The notes: generated from the letters alone by a model not told the origin. A DNA stretch of 64,000 nt from the human T2T-CHM13v2.0 reference genome, Homo sapiens (GCF_009914755.1 NC_060926.1), one strand, 5' to 3'. Positions 29,699-43,494 are shown, counted from the first letter of the stretch. Made by a program: numbers and translations.

Positions 29699-29700
<2 letters not shown>

Positions 29701-29732
<32 letters not shown>
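29701..29732. repeat. (CA)n microsatellite
   Basis: Direct read. Confidence 0.95.
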
Positions 29733-29734
<2 letters not shown>

Positions 29735-29739
29735 CACTT

Positions 29740-30043
29740 TGAGTCCAATGGCCAGAAGCTACTGTAGATCCAGGAAAAGCCTATGCCTCAATTCAAAAGC
29801 CATCAGCCATCAAGAGCAGAACTCTCTCTTCTTTGGGGCAAGGTCAGCCTTTTTTTCTGTTCAGGCCTTTGACTTGTTGAGGCCCACCCACATCATGGAA
29901 GGCCATCTGCTTTCCTCCATCTATCAATTTGAATGTTAACCTCATCCAAAAACATCCTCACAGAAAGATCCAGAATTATGCTTAACCACATACCTGGGCA
30001 CTATGTGACTCAGTCAAGCTGACACATAAAATTAACTATCATA
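29740..30043 (-). mobile_element. MLT2B/MLT2D ERVL LTR (partial)
   Basis: aacctcatccaaaaacatcctcacagaaa...agtcaagctgacacataaaattaactatcata. Confidence 0.8.
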
Positions 30044-30411
30044 AGAACTTTAAGCAATTACTTACGTTTTCTCACTTATTTCTTAACAAAATATAACAGA
30101 GAAACCTGAAACTAAAATAACAAACTATCTAGGGAAACAATAAAATACCCAATTTTGAGTTCAGTGATTTTCCTTAATTTTCAAGGCAAGAGTTGTCTGG
30201 GCCTCAAGAAAGTTCTGAATGGCTGCAGCACTGGTGGCCAGGCTCAGCACAGAAATAGCATCTTGGCGTTCTAAGGTATCAGATTCAGACCACCAAACAC
30301 TGCAGAGATTAAGGGCAGCAGGCATTCGTAGCATCCATTTCTGCTATAAATCACAAGATTATACATTTATGCTATTTCTTTCTCTCTCAATCTTAATTTC
30401 CTCTTTTTTAT

Positions 30412-30852
30412 CTCTATATATACACACATACATACATATATACATACATACATACCTTATGTGTGTGTACATACATACGTATATATGTGTGTGTATATGT
30501 GTGTGTATAGTGTGTGTATGTGTATATGTATATATATACACACACACTATATATGTATATGTATATATATATACACATACACACTATATATGTATATGTA
30601 TATATGTATATGTATATATGTATATGTATATATATACACATACACACACTATATGTATATATGTATATGTATATATATACACATACACACACTATATGTA
30701 TATATGTATATATGTATATATGTGTGTATATATGTATATATGTATATATGTGTATATATGTATATATATGTATATATGTGTATATATGTGTATATATGTA
30801 TATATATGTATATATATGTATATATATATGTGTGTGTGTGTATATATATATA
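30412..30852. repeat. Compound (TA/TG/CA) low-complexity repeat
   Basis: tatatgtatatg and cacatacacacactatat units; source of the spurious Y/I/C/M/V-rich ORFs. Confidence 0.95.
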
Positions 30853-30877
30853 TTTTTTTCCCCAAAATCATCATACC

Positions 30878-30940
30878 GAATGTTCTAGACATTCTCACAT
30901 GCCCCTGGGATGCAAAATAGCTGCAGTTGAAAACCCTTGG
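30878..30940 (+). mobile_element. MER20 3' fragment
   Basis: aatgttctagacattctcacatgcccctgggatgcaaaatagctgcagttgaaaaccctt. Confidence 0.5.
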
Positions 30941-31834
30941 CCCAGATGGCTGTCTGAACATACAGTGTGTTGTTGTGTTACAGAGAACATGGAACCGAGG
31001 GAACCCACTCCTTTATAGCAGCCTGGTAACGAGCCTGCTTTTTTCTGTGGAGAGACATTACCTCATTCCTCAAAGTTACTCACAGCAAATGCAATGGATA
31101 AAGAGCAAACTGGGATATATTCTTGCAGCATACATAGTAAGACAGTTTAGAGAAAAAGAAAAAAATATATAGAGAAGTGTGTCTCAATAGCCACGCAGTT
31201 GACTATAAACTTTCATTCATCAATAAATACTCAGTAAGAAAATAAGCCCTGAATACGCTCCCTTCAAATTTGCATTAAAGTTCCCAAATGTAATGTTCAA
31301 GATTCTCTGTTCTCAATTTTTAGATCCTTTGCTCTGACAAAAGAGCCTTATTTAGATTTAATCTGGATTACTTCATCACTAGAGAATCCTGGGATTCCTT
31401 CCAGTGTAGTGGGTTGAGCCAGCTCAGTGCTCCTAAGTACTTAGATTGCATAGTAGATAATCCATAGAATATAACTAATAAATGTGTTTTAATCATTATT
31501 TTCTGATGTGATTTGCACAGCTCACCACCATATGTGATGGTTGTCATGAGAAGAGAGTATTTCCTTGAAGGATATGGTTGATGGTGATGTCTTCTAATGG
31601 TAGGTCCATGTGATCAAGAATGAACAATCCAATATATCTAGTTCATTTGAGTTTTCACATACTGGGTTTCTTGAAGATGGGAACAGATAGCACTGGGTCA
31701 CCTCATTAGCGACACAAAATCTACAAGACCTACATTGCTTTGTTTGGCCAGTACCAAGGCAGAGACTTAGCTGCTGTTGGCAGAAAGAAAGAAAACAGAG
31801 GCATGGAGAACTTGTCACACATCTATTTGGTGTT

Positions 31835-32144
31835 TTTTGTTTGTTTGTTTGTTTTGTTTTGTTTGAAATGGAGTCTCAGTCTGTTGCCCAGGCTGGAATG
31901 CAGGGGCATGATCTTGGCTCACTACAACCTCCGCCTCCTGGGTTCAAACAATTCTCCTGCCTCAGCCTCCTGAGTAGCTGAGATTACAGGTGTGTGCCAC
32001 CACACCCGGCTAATTTTTGTATTTTTACTAGAGACGGGGTTTCACCATGTTAGCCAGGCTGGTCTCAAACTCCTGACCTTGTGATCCGCCTGCCTCAGGC
32101 TCCCAAAGTGCTGGTATTAGAGGTATGAGCCACTGTGCCTGGCC
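31835..32144 (-). mobile_element. AluS (Sg-like)
   Basis: Full Alu with cctgaccttgtgatccg; TSD tatttggtgtt/tacttggtctt. Confidence 0.93.
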
Positions 32145-32658
32145 TACTTGGTCTTATTAACTCCTCTCTCAGTGAAAGTATTCTAAATGCTTCTTTCTTC
32201 CTGTGAATTCATAAATTTAGACATTTGCAAGATTGGAAGCACTGGTCTCTGGATTCTAACTGCAGTTATTATATTTTTACAAATGTCTCTGCTAAACCTT
32301 TAAAACCTTTAAAATTTTATCTTTCATTTGATCCTTATTTTTTTGTGCAAGGTGCTCAAATGAACATGAGCTTGGGGCAAAATATGCTCTGTCCCCTGGG
32401 GGTTCTTAAAATTACACCTGTAATTTCTCTACACTGATCCCTGCCAAATCTGCCCATATCTTATTCAGCTACCCAATACAACTATCAGAGACTTAGCGGT
32501 ATGTCTCTTTTTTAATTTATATATGTTTTTATCTTTAAACAAATTTAATGGATTTGGATCTGATAACTGTTTGTGAACATCCTGTACATTCATTCTTTTA
32601 ATTATAATTTGGTTATTATTATACTGTAAAATAAAGACCTATCCGTTACTCATCCCAA

Positions 32659-33018
32659 TCTTCATCCATTAGGGCTGCTATAACAAAATGTTGTAGATGT
32701 TTTGTTTACAAATGGGTAGTTTATAAATTTATTTGTCACAGTTCTAGAAGCTGGAAAGTCCAAAACCAAGGCTCTGGCAGATTTGGTGTCTAGAGAGGGC
32801 TTGTTTCTTGGTTCATAAAAGGCTATTTCCTCACATGGTGGAAGGAATGAGCTAGCACTCTGGAGTCTCTTTTACAGGAGCACTATTTCCAGTCAATAGA
32901 AGACCACCCTCATGACCTAATCATGTCCCAAAGTCCAACCTCCTAATAATATCACCTTGAGGGTGAGAATTTCAACATATGAATTTGAGGGGTGGATATA
33001 ACCATTCAGACCCTAGCA
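32659..33018 (-). mobile_element. MLT1A-type MaLR solo LTR
   Basis: gggctgctataacaaaat...cacagttctagaagctggaaagtccaa...atttcaacatatgaatttgagggg...cattcagaccctagca. Confidence 0.85.
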
Positions 33019-34171
33019 CCCTCCTCACCGCTGCCTCCCAATTTTAAATGCTTTTTTACTCAAGATTCAGACTGTTTTTCCAAGGCAAACTTCGTTTGTG
33101 TTCCTGATTTATCCAACTTGCTCCTTTTTGTCCAGGACTAAATCAGAACCTCAGGGAACAGTAGGATGCTTCAGGTCCATATCATACTGACTATCCTTAC
33201 TTTCTATCTTTCATCTTTATTAACTCCTATTCCTTTCAATTTCCTGAATTAAGAATTTATCCCTCTTAGGTCCTCACCTCTCCCATTTTTCCCATAATAA
33301 GAAATCACTCCCAACTGCAAATAACAAGTTAGGTTCAATTGATTCTACCTTGTGTCTGAGACTTTTTTTTTTTTATTTTGCAGCCTCAGGCATCTGCTAA
33401 ACATCATTTGCTTTTATTATCTGTGTAGTTTCTGATGGCTCAGCAAAGACAAGTAGGGAGAAAGAGGATCAGGCAAATAAAAGAAAAGGAAGGAGCTTCT
33501 ACAATAGACTAAGATTTATGTTCCCTCAAAATATCTGAATTTAAATAAATATACCTTGCCAGCACAATTGCTAATTTTGTTTCAGATTATTCCATTCAAT
33601 CTATTTGAGAGTTTTACATTTATTCTTGAGATACTACCATAACTGCATATTTTGTGAATTGCAACCTTGTCCTGATTAAGAATTCAGTCAACCTCTCCTC
33701 CTTGGTTTGAGCTTACTACCAAGTACTTTCACATCAACAAATAAAGGAGGGTTAGATGCAGAGATATAAAAGGCTTTTTGTATTTTTTTAACACTACAGG
33801 TAAACAGTAATCAAGGTTCTCCTACATCAATCATAGCACTGCCATCATCACCTATACCACTCCCACCCCCTATTCAAAACAACAGACAGAAATATCTGGA
33901 GCAGTATATCCCAAATCAGAAATTAACTGAGAAAGCTGAGCATCCTAAATGTGGATCTAGTATGTCTTCTCTATACTATAGCTCCTTCATTTCCCCCTCC
34001 TCCTTCCTTTTCAGAACCTGATTGTAATCTCTCCCCTTCCCCTGAAAACTGAACTACAGACACAGTGGCATTTTTTGCTCAGCAATACAGCTTGTGACTG
34101 TAGTTTGTGTGCAAATAGGAAGTGTTTCTTCTGGCTCTTTGTTTTTTGATGTCTTTTGCTAACATTCTACC

Positions 34172-34340
34172 CAAGACAAACCACACAATTTGCAGGGCCC
34201 ATATAGTGAAAGTGCAAGGCTTCTTGTTCAAAATGGTTAAGCTTGTTGAGAGGGAGAAGACAAGAAACCAAACTAAGTGCTAGAGCCTTTCCGAGGGCGG
34301 GGTTCTTTGTGGACCTCAAAGACCACACACCCTCAGCCTG
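34172..34340 (-). mobile_element. MER91-like hAT-Tip100 element
   Basis: cacaatttgcagggccca...gaaagtgcaaggcttcttgttcaaaa. Confidence 0.55.
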
Positions 34341-35372
34341 AATTCTGTCACCTTTCCTTTAAAGCTTTGTCCATCTCTGCCCTTCTCTGCTTCCTCTTTC
34401 TCTCTCTGCTCTCACTTCTTGCTTCCTTTCTCTCTCCTCTCTTCTTTCTCTTTTGTAACTCATTTTAGTGCCCTCTTCCTCCTCCTTATCCAATGTCAGA
34501 GAGTGATAATGAAGATGAAAACATTTTATGAATTCAGAAATGTTTTGTAATCTAAAAAAAAAATAAATAACGGTGACTAATATCACAGTATTTTTCTTCT
34601 CTACATCTATTACCCTCTGATTTCTTGTTCTTCACTGATTTCTTATCAATGTATGCGGTTTCCTTAGAGACTCTCCCTTTCAATAGTGGCCTTCCTTTTC
34701 ACTCTCCCTATGACTATCTTTTTCCAAAGGACTTTTGTCACAGGGGACCCATAGTATGTAAATAAAGAATGGAAATAACGGAAGAATGACAGGATTGACA
34801 ATGTTATCTTTTTATCTTTCCTTGGAAGTTTAGATGTGTAGCAATACTTCGGTATATATAGTCTATGCACATCATATAAAGGCAACATTTCAAATGTCAA
34901 CAAAATCAATATAAGTACAAACTGAGCTCTCTTCTGAAAAATAAATGAAATCTATGTGGAATTGATTCTGATATTTTGCATCTACAGCTCCTAAAACCGT
35001 GATGTCACGTCTTTCCCAGCAACTGCTTGCTATGCACATAATACACCAAAAAGGGAATTTAAATTGGTTTCATTAAAATATACTCTTCTGACTCAGGTCC
35101 CAGACCAATTATATCTGCATGAATATATGAGGTTCCTGGAAGCCAAGAAAAGAAAGTATTTGTGTTTGGTATTTATTTGTATTTATATATGCAAGGCTGT
35201 ATAGTTTAAGAACCCAGCTTTCAGAAAGAAATCCAGGTACAAATAAATTTTAAAAACAGACAAAAGCCTTTTGATGTATTATTGCACAGATAGTACTTTA
35301 CTACACAAGTGGCATGTAACATGTCTTGTACTAGGTTATGCGTGCATTTTAATAATTCCTTTAGAGCCACAG

Positions 35373-36163
35373 TGTGTCTGGAATTGGTTCCTTCCGGTGG
35401 GTTCTTGGTCGGGCTGATTTCAAGAATGTAGCCGCGGACCTTCCCGGTGAGTGTTACAACTCTTAAACATGGTGTGCCCGGAGTTTGTTCCTTCAGATGT
35501 GTCCAGAGTTTCCTCCTTCTGGTGGGTTCCTGGTCTCCTTGACTTCGGAACAAAGCCGCCGGACCCTCACGGTGAGTGTTACAGCTCTTAAAGATAGTGT
35601 GTCCGGAGTTTGTACCTTCGGATGTTCAGATGTGTCCGGAGTTTCTGCCTTCTGGTGGGTTCATGGTCTTCGCTGATTTCAGGAGTGAAGCCACAGACCT
35701 TCCCAGTGAGCGTCACAGCTCTTAAAGGTGGCGCGTCCGGAGTCATTTGCTCCTCCCAGAGGGTTTGTGGTCTCACTGACTTCAGGAATGAAAGTGCAAA
35801 TCTCACGGTTAGTGTTCCAGCTCATAAAGGTAGTGCAAACCCAAAAAGTCAGCAGCAGTAAGATTTATTGTGAAGAATGAAAGAACAAAGCTTACACAGC
35901 CTGGAAGTGGACCTGATCCGGTTGCCGCTGCCAGCTGTGGGGATGGCCAGCTTTTATTCCCTTATTTGGCCCCACCCACATCCTGCTGATTGGTCCATTT
36001 TACAGAGTGCTGATTGGTGCGTTTTTACAGAGTGCTGACTGGTGTGTTTACAATCCTTTAGCTAGACACAGAGTGCTGATTGGTGCATTTACAATCCTTT
36101 AGCTAGACACAAAAGTTCTCCAAGTCCCCACCGACCCAGAAGCCCAGCTGGCTTCACCTCTCA
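35373..36163 (-). mobile_element. LTR12-family (ERV9) solo LTR, short form
   Basis: tgtgtctggaattggttcc...gaagcccagctggcttcacctctca; repeated gtgagtgttacagctcttaaa units; TSD acag/ataa. Confidence 0.95.
35930..36090 (-). promoter_or_regulatory. LTR12 core promoter (3 CCAAT boxes, GC-box, AATAAAA TATA-like), pointing leftward
   Basis: gctgattgg at ~35986, ~36010 and ~36075; ggccccaccca; cttttattccc. Confidence 0.6.
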
Positions 36164-36660
36164 ATAACAGACTAGTGCAAAAGGAACAGACATCTTTACC
36201 CACTGGCCACTATCTGATAACTAGGTTATGCCTGCATTTTAATAATTCCTTTAGAGCCATAGCACACTAGTGCGAAGGGAACAGAAATCTTTACCCACTG
36301 GCCACTGTAATGATTCAAGAGAGTCTGAAACTCAAGTGTAAGATTTCAACTTCTGAGGTGTAAACCTCCTATTTAAGAATTTCAATCAAGTCATAATCAT
36401 TGATTATGACTCTGGGAGATCCCACCAGAAAGAAGCCTGGCATTTGAGCTCCAATAAGGCACTCAGATTAATTCCAAACGGGGTGGGGTTTACTCATGCA
36501 GACTGATAAGAATAAGCACTAAGGCTCCCTGCCCAAAGAAAAATACAGATGTAGCCCCGGTTTTTCAATGTCACCTTTGTATTGACACAAAGCATACATG
36601 TAATAAAGTGTACAAATTGGAAGTTCATACCTCAGTGAATGCTCATAAATGCATATGCCT

Positions 36661-36982
<322 letters not shown>

Positions 36983-37964
36983 TCATTCAACTTCAGTTGC
37001 AGAAAAAAGTTAACATCCAGAAAATTTCTTTGTGCACCACCAAGTCAAGAATCCTCATTCAGAGTGAACCATTCTTCTCATTTTTATTAGCATGACCTTT
37101 TTTCTTTCTATTTTTGAATTAAGTATAAATAAATAAATGGAATGATACAGAATGTATTTTCTTTGTGTCTGGCTGTTGTGCCCACCATTAGACGATATAG
37201 TTACCTATGTTATGGTACATAGCTGTACTTTGTTTTGATTACTATTTAAGGTCCCAGTACAATAACATAATTATTCATTCACTGTACTGCTGATGAATCC
37301 TTGGGTTTTTTTCTCGTTTGGGGCTATTGTAAATAAAGTTGTCATGGGCATTATTATACAAATCCTTTGTCTGGTTCTTAAAATTTAATGCTTAATATGT
37401 ATTTATTATTAATGGATTTCCTTTTGATCTATGCTTAGTAAAAGAAATACTGAACATTTCTTATATTTTTAGCATTAACAGATAGCTACTAACAATTTTT
37501 CTAAGTGATTATACAAATTGATACACTTACCTTCAAAGTATGGGTGTTCTAGCTGCTATAAACACTAGCTTACTCTTGATGTCATTAGTCTTTTCAGTCA
37601 TGGTATCTCACTGTGTTTTAAATTTGCATTTCAGATGCATAATGATGGTGAGTCTCTTCCTTACTGTCATTGGTCATTTGAATTTCCTCTTTTGTAAAGT
37701 GGCTATTCAAGCTTTTTACCAATTTCTTTTTTTAATTTTGTGTGTGTGTGTGACTTTTTATTATAGATTTGTCAGAATACTTTATATTTTATGGAAATGA
37801 GTCTTTGCCACTTATTTGTATCATGAATATTGTCACTCACAATGATGTTTTTTGATGAACAGATGCTCACAATTTTAAAGTACATTTATCCATATTTTAT
37901 GTGCCTTCTTCAAGAAATTGTTGTCTATTCTAAGCCGAGTTCACTAAGATACTGTCTTATATAT

Positions 37965-38110
37965 ATTTAGATACATTGTTTTGCTGTCTCCCAGGCTGGA
38001 GTGAAATGTTGTGATCACGGTCCAAGGCAGCCTAAAATTCCCCCTCAAGGGATCCTCTTGCTTCAGCCTCCTGAATAGCTGGAATTACAGGCATGAGCCA
38101 CCTTGCCAGG
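37965..38110 (-). mobile_element. Alu monomer (FLAM/FRAM-like)
   Basis: cccaggctggagtg...cttcagcctcctgaatagctggaattacaggcatgagccacc. Confidence 0.75.
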
Positions 38111-38152
38111 TACCTATGCTTTCTTTAGACATTTTGTTATTTTACCTTTTAC

Positions 38153-38703
38153 TTTTTTTTTTTATTTTATTTTAAGTTCCAGGATACATGTGCAGAACGT
38201 GCAGGTTTGTTATATAGGTATACATGTGCCATGGTGGTTTGCTGCACTTATCAACCTGTCATCTAGGTTTTAAGCCCCGCATGCATTAGGTATTTGTCCT
38301 AATGCTTTCCCTCTCCTTGCCTCCCACTCCCCTATAGGCCCCAGTGTGTGATGTTTCCATCCCTGTGTCCATGTGTTCTCATTGTTCAACTCACACTTAT
38401 GAGTGAGAACATATGGTGTTTGGTTTTCTGTTCCTGTGTTTGCTGAGAATGATGGCTTCCAGCTTCATCCATGTCCCTGCAAAGGACACGATCTCATTCC
38501 TTTTTAGGGCTGCATAGTATTTCATGGTGTATATGTGCCACATTTTCTTTATCTATTTTATCATTAATGGGCATTTGGGTTAGTTCCAAGTCTTTGCTAT
38601 TGTAAATAGTGCTGCAATAAACATACAAGTGCATGTGTCTTTATAGTAGAATGATTTATAATCCTTTGGGTATATACCCAGTAATAGGATTGCTGAGTTA
38701 AAT
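38153..38703 (-). mobile_element. 5'-truncated L1PA8-like element
   Basis: aggttttaagccccgcatgcattagg diagnostic; poly(T); TSD ttttaccttttac/cttcaccttttac. Confidence 0.88.
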
Positions 38704-39202
38704 CTTCACCTTTTACATTTAAAGTTATGATTCATCTCAAGCTAAGTTTTGTATATGGTAAGAAGAGGGATCATGTTTTGCTTTTTTGTTTTATCTTGAG
38801 ATAGTCTATAATTCTAATATCATTCATTGCAAAGAAAAATACTGGTTTTTATTTGGTTTGCTTTTTTGTTGTAATAAGGTCGTGCTTACTGTGTGCAATT
38901 CCAAAAGGACACAACTTGTTCCTCCAGCTAACAGTTGATAGGGCATTGGGTCCTAACATAGTGTTCACGTTTTGTATTTTAACACTTTCTTATTGTCTTT
39001 ATTTATTTACTTACTTTCTTATATTTTAAATTTAAATTTTATTTTATTTATTCATTTCTTTTTGAGACAAGGTCTCACCCTGTTGCCCAGGCTGTAGTAC
39101 AGTGGCACGATCATGGGTGACTGCAGACTCAAACTCCAGCTCACGCTATCCTCCTGCTTCAGCAACCCGATTAGATGGGACTACAGGCATGTGCCACCAG
39201 GC

Positions 39203-40573
39203 TGAGAGGTGACAGAGTGCTGGCAGCCCTCGCAGCCCTTGCTCACTCTCGGTGCCTCCTCAGTCTCAGCGCCCATTCCGGCCGCGCTTGAGGAGCCGTT
39301 CAGCCTGCCGCTGCACTGTGGGAGCCCTTCTCTGGGCTGGCCAAGGCCAGAGCCAGCTCCCTCGGCTTGTGGGTAGGTGTGGAGGGAGAGGCACGGGTGG
39401 GAACTGGGGCTGCGTGCCACGTTTGCGGGCCAGCGCGAGTTCTGGGAGGGGGTGGAGTTGGCGGGCCCCACACTTGGAGCAGCCAGCCGGCCTGCAAGCC
39501 CCGGGAAGTGAGGGGCTTAGCACCTGGGCCAGCAGCTGCTGTGCTCAATTTCTCGCCTGGCTGTAGCTGCTTCCCCACAGGGCAGGGCTTGGGACCTGCA
39601 GCCTGCCATGCCTGAGCCTCCCTCCACCGCCATGGGCTCCTGCGCAGCCCGAGCCTCCCCGATGAGTGCCGCTTCCTGCTCCACGGTGCCTGGTCCCATC
39701 GACCGCCCAAGGGCTGAGGAGTGCAGGCGCACGGCGTGGGGCTGGCAGGCAGCTCCACCTGCGGCCCCGGTGCGGGATCCACTGGGTGAAGCCAGCTGGG
39801 CTCCTGAGTCTGGTGGGGACTTGGAGAACCTTTATGTCTAGCTAAGGGATTGTATATACACCAATCGGCACTCTGTATCTAGCTCAAGGTTTGTAAACAC
39901 ACCAATCAGCACCCTATGTCTAGCTCAGGGTTTGTGAATGCACCAATCGACACTCTATATCTAGCTACTCTGGTGGGGATGTGGAGAACCTTTGTGTCTA
40001 GCTCAGGGATTGTAAATGCACCAATCAACACCCTGTCAAACTGGACCAATCAGCTCTCTGTAAAACAGACCAATCGGCTCTCTGTAAAATGGAGCAATCA
40101 GCAGGATGTGGGTGGGGCCAGATAAGAGAATAAAAGCAGGCCGCCAAGGCAGCAGTGGCAACCTGCGAGGGTCCCCTTCCCCACTGTGGAAGCTTTGTTC
40201 TTTCACTCTTTGCAATAAATCTTGCTGCTGCTCACCTTTTGGGTCCACACTGCCTTTATGAGCTGTAACACTCATGGCAAAGGTCTGCAGCTTCATTCCT
40301 GAAGGCAGTGAGACCACGAACCCACCAGGAGGACCAAACAACTCCAGACACGCCGCCTTAAGAGCTGTAAAACTCACTGCGAAGGTCGGCAGCTTCACTC
40401 CTGAGCCAGCAAGACCACGAACCCAACAGAAAGAAGAAACTCCGAACACATCTGAACATCAGAAGGAACAAACTCTGGACACACCACCTTTAAGAACTGT
40501 AACACTCAGCGCGAGGGTTCGCGGCTTCATTCTTGAAGTCAGTGAGACCAAGAACCCACCAATTCCGGACACA
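39203..40573 (+). mobile_element. LTR12C-like (ERV9) solo LTR
   Basis: tgagaggtgacagagtgctggcag...ccaattccggacaca; GC-rich U3; CCAAT tandem repeats; 4-bp TSD aggc/atgc. Confidence 0.95.
39855..40165 (+). promoter_or_regulatory. LTR12C promoter/enhancer: 6 CCAAT (NF-Y) boxes, GC-box, GATA site and AATAAAA TATA-like box
   Basis: ccaatc at 39861, 39902, 39943, 40021, 40046 and 40070; gggtggggccagataagagaataaaagc. Confidence 0.7.
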
Positions 40574-41285
40574 ATGCCTTGTTCATTTTTTCTTTTTATC
40601 TTTTGTAGAGACAGGATGCACTTTTTTGCCCAACTGTGTCTCAAGCTCCTGACCGCAAGTGATACTTCCACTTTGGCCTCCCAAAGTGTTTAGACTATAT
40701 GCACAAGCCATTGTGCTCAGCCTTAAGACATTCCTATATTGCTACAACTGAAAATTTTTTTTTCCTATTCTATGCTACTTCTTTAATGCAAAAGGATATA
40801 TTAATTTTTTAAAACTTTATGGTATAGTCCAATAAAATAGGTAAGGGGGAGGTCAAGGCTAGTTACTATAGTCTGATAAGAAGGTATTTTATTCTCAGCA
40901 GAAAATTGTATTTCTGGAGGAAAAATGCTACACAACTTTGTTAAACAAAGAATCTGTTCTCTCTCTCTTCTGAAATGTTGAAGCATGATTTAAAGAAGTG
41001 ACTGGGTCTCTCTTGATTAGCTGGCACAGCAGCCAATAGTTCTAATCTGATGACTACAAATAAAATTACTGCAAGATTCAGTTTGTATGATTTTCATGTT
41101 TTGAACTCCCCTTCCACAGCAGTTTGGTATCTAGCAAATGCAGTAGGCCTTTTAATTTTTTTAAGTACAAGCAGCAGCTATGTTACACATGAGAAAAGAA
41201 CTATGTTGATTTGAAACTCATGGGCAGCATCAGAAGCAGAGACAAGCTGTATCTAAAGTGGACAAAAACAATGGAATAAAAAAGA

Positions 41286-41595
<310 letters not shown>

Positions 41596-42198
41596 CTAAG
41601 TGAATTTTAAAAAGCAATGCTAAAATAATATCTTTTCTTAAATCTACCTGGTTTTCTAAGAACTTTCTACTTAATTACCTTTTTGGGGAGATCATACGCA
41701 GATTTGCTGGCTCTGCCAAAACTCTAGAAGATAATCTACAGTATTCTAAGCCATTACTGGCTACTGTTACTTGACTTAGAGTTATTTTATTATTTATTCT
41801 ATTATAGCAATATTAGATCAAGGACAATGTAAAAGAAAAGTCCAAGGGAATAAAGTGGGAACAAGCAGTCAGACTATGAGGAAGGGCATGCTACACAGAT
41901 GGTACTAAAATGTGCGGCCCACAACCAGCGAAATAAAGATAGGGAGAGGGAAGAGAGTATTGCAAAATATATTTTCCCAGAAATTTCCATTTTCCCATTG
42001 GAAGGAGACCATAACGCACAACAATATAAAATATCTAATTCCTTTTTGACATCTCCCAGAGAACATTTGAGCTTTTTGTAAAATTTAATTGGAGCAACAA
42101 AAACAACAAAAATACTCAACCAGAAAGATAACACGCTTGTGCACTAAAATGATACAACATTAATGAAAGAAATATTAAAAGACATCTCATATCCATGA

Positions 42199-42365
42199 GG
42201 GGGGAGGGGGGAGGGATAGCATTAGGAGATATACCTAATGTTAAATGACGAGTTAATGGGTGCAGCACACCAACATGGCACATGTATACATATGTAACTA
42301 ACCTGCACGTTGTGCACATGTACCCTACAACTTAAAGTATAATAAAAAAATTAAATAAATAAATA
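42199..42365 (+). mobile_element. Short L1PA3/4 3' end nested in L1MA
   Basis: gggatagcattaggagatatacctaatgttaaatgacgagttaatgggtgcagcacaccaacatggc...aaagtataata. Confidence 0.92.
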
Positions 42366-43494
42366 ATATTATTAAAATGTCCATACTACTCAAAACAATC
42401 TACAGATTCAATGTGATCTCTGCCAAAAGTCCAATGGCATTTTGTTACAGAAATAGAAACAGCAATTAGAAACTAAATATGAAACTACAAAAATCCTCAA
42501 ATAATCAGAACAATCTTGATCGATAAGAACAAAGATGGAGACATCAAACTTCCTAACTTCAAATTATTTTACAAAGGTATAGTAATCAAAACACTATGGT
42601 ACTAGCATAAAAACACACATATAGACCAATGGAACAGAATAGAGAGCCCAGAAATAAGCCCATGTGAATAAAAATCAACTAATCTTTGACAAGGGCACCA
42701 AGATTACAAAATAGGAAACAAATAAACCCTTCAATAAATGCGTTAGAAAAACTTCATATTCATAAGCAAAAGAATGAAAGTATAACCTTACTTTACTTAC
42801 ACAAAAAACAATTCAAAGTAGACTGAAGATTTAAATATAAACCTGAAAATGTAAAATCTCCTAGAAAAAAAAAAGCAGAGCAGAAAAACTCCTTGGCATT
42901 GGTCTTGGCAATGATTTTTTGGACATGACACCAAAACACAGGCAATAAAGGCAAAAATAAACAAGTAGGACTATATCAAACTAAAAAATTTTTGTAGAGC
43001 ACAAGAAACAATCAGCAGAATGAAAGGGCAACATACAGAAACATTAAAAAATGTTCAAACCACATATCTAACAAGGAGTTAATATTCATAACATATAAGG
43101 AATTCATACAACTGTATATTAAATAACCAAATAAAAAATGAGGAAAGGACATAAATAAATACTTCTAAACAGAAGAAATTAAAATGGCCAAAAGATATAT
43201 GAAAAGGTGGGAATGTAAATTTGTATAGCCATTGTGGAAAAGAATATGGAGACTTTTTTAAAAAATTAAAAATAGTGCTGCTAGTAGTACAGCACACACA
43301 CACTACTACTTCTACAACACACACACAAACACACACACACAACTCAGTGTACATCAAAAGTAATGAAAATCAGGATCAGGAAGAAATACCTGCACCCTCA
43401 TCCCTCACGTTAATTGCAGCATTATTCACTATAGTCAAGTTATGGAATCAACCTAACAGTCCTCTGATGGATGAATGAAGAAAGAAAATCTGTT

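Larger units (their letters stand above)
39030..40722 (-). mobile_element. AluJ split by the LTR12C insertion (arms ~39030-39202 and 40574-40722)
   Basis: The Alu reads ...gtgccacc[aggc] LTR [atgc]cttg...ttttgtagagac...ttggcctcccaaagtg. Confidence 0.88.

Noticed and set aside
30219-31018. Longest ORFs in the track (233, 185 and 124 aa)
   Set aside because: They are translations of the TA/TG microsatellite, which lacks stop codons; no coding signal.
35380-35830. Repeated gtgagtgttacagctcttaaa units
   Set aside because: Normal LTR12 U5 tandem repeats.
39840-40100. Regularly spaced repeats superficially like a CRISPR array
   Set aside because: These are the known LTR12 U3 CCAAT tandem repeats with no unique spacers, in a primate context with no cas genes.
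39181-40693. Cluster of overlapping ORFs and CpG-island-like GC richness
   Set aside because: Within LTR12C and the flanking Alu; not a host gene promoter or CDS.
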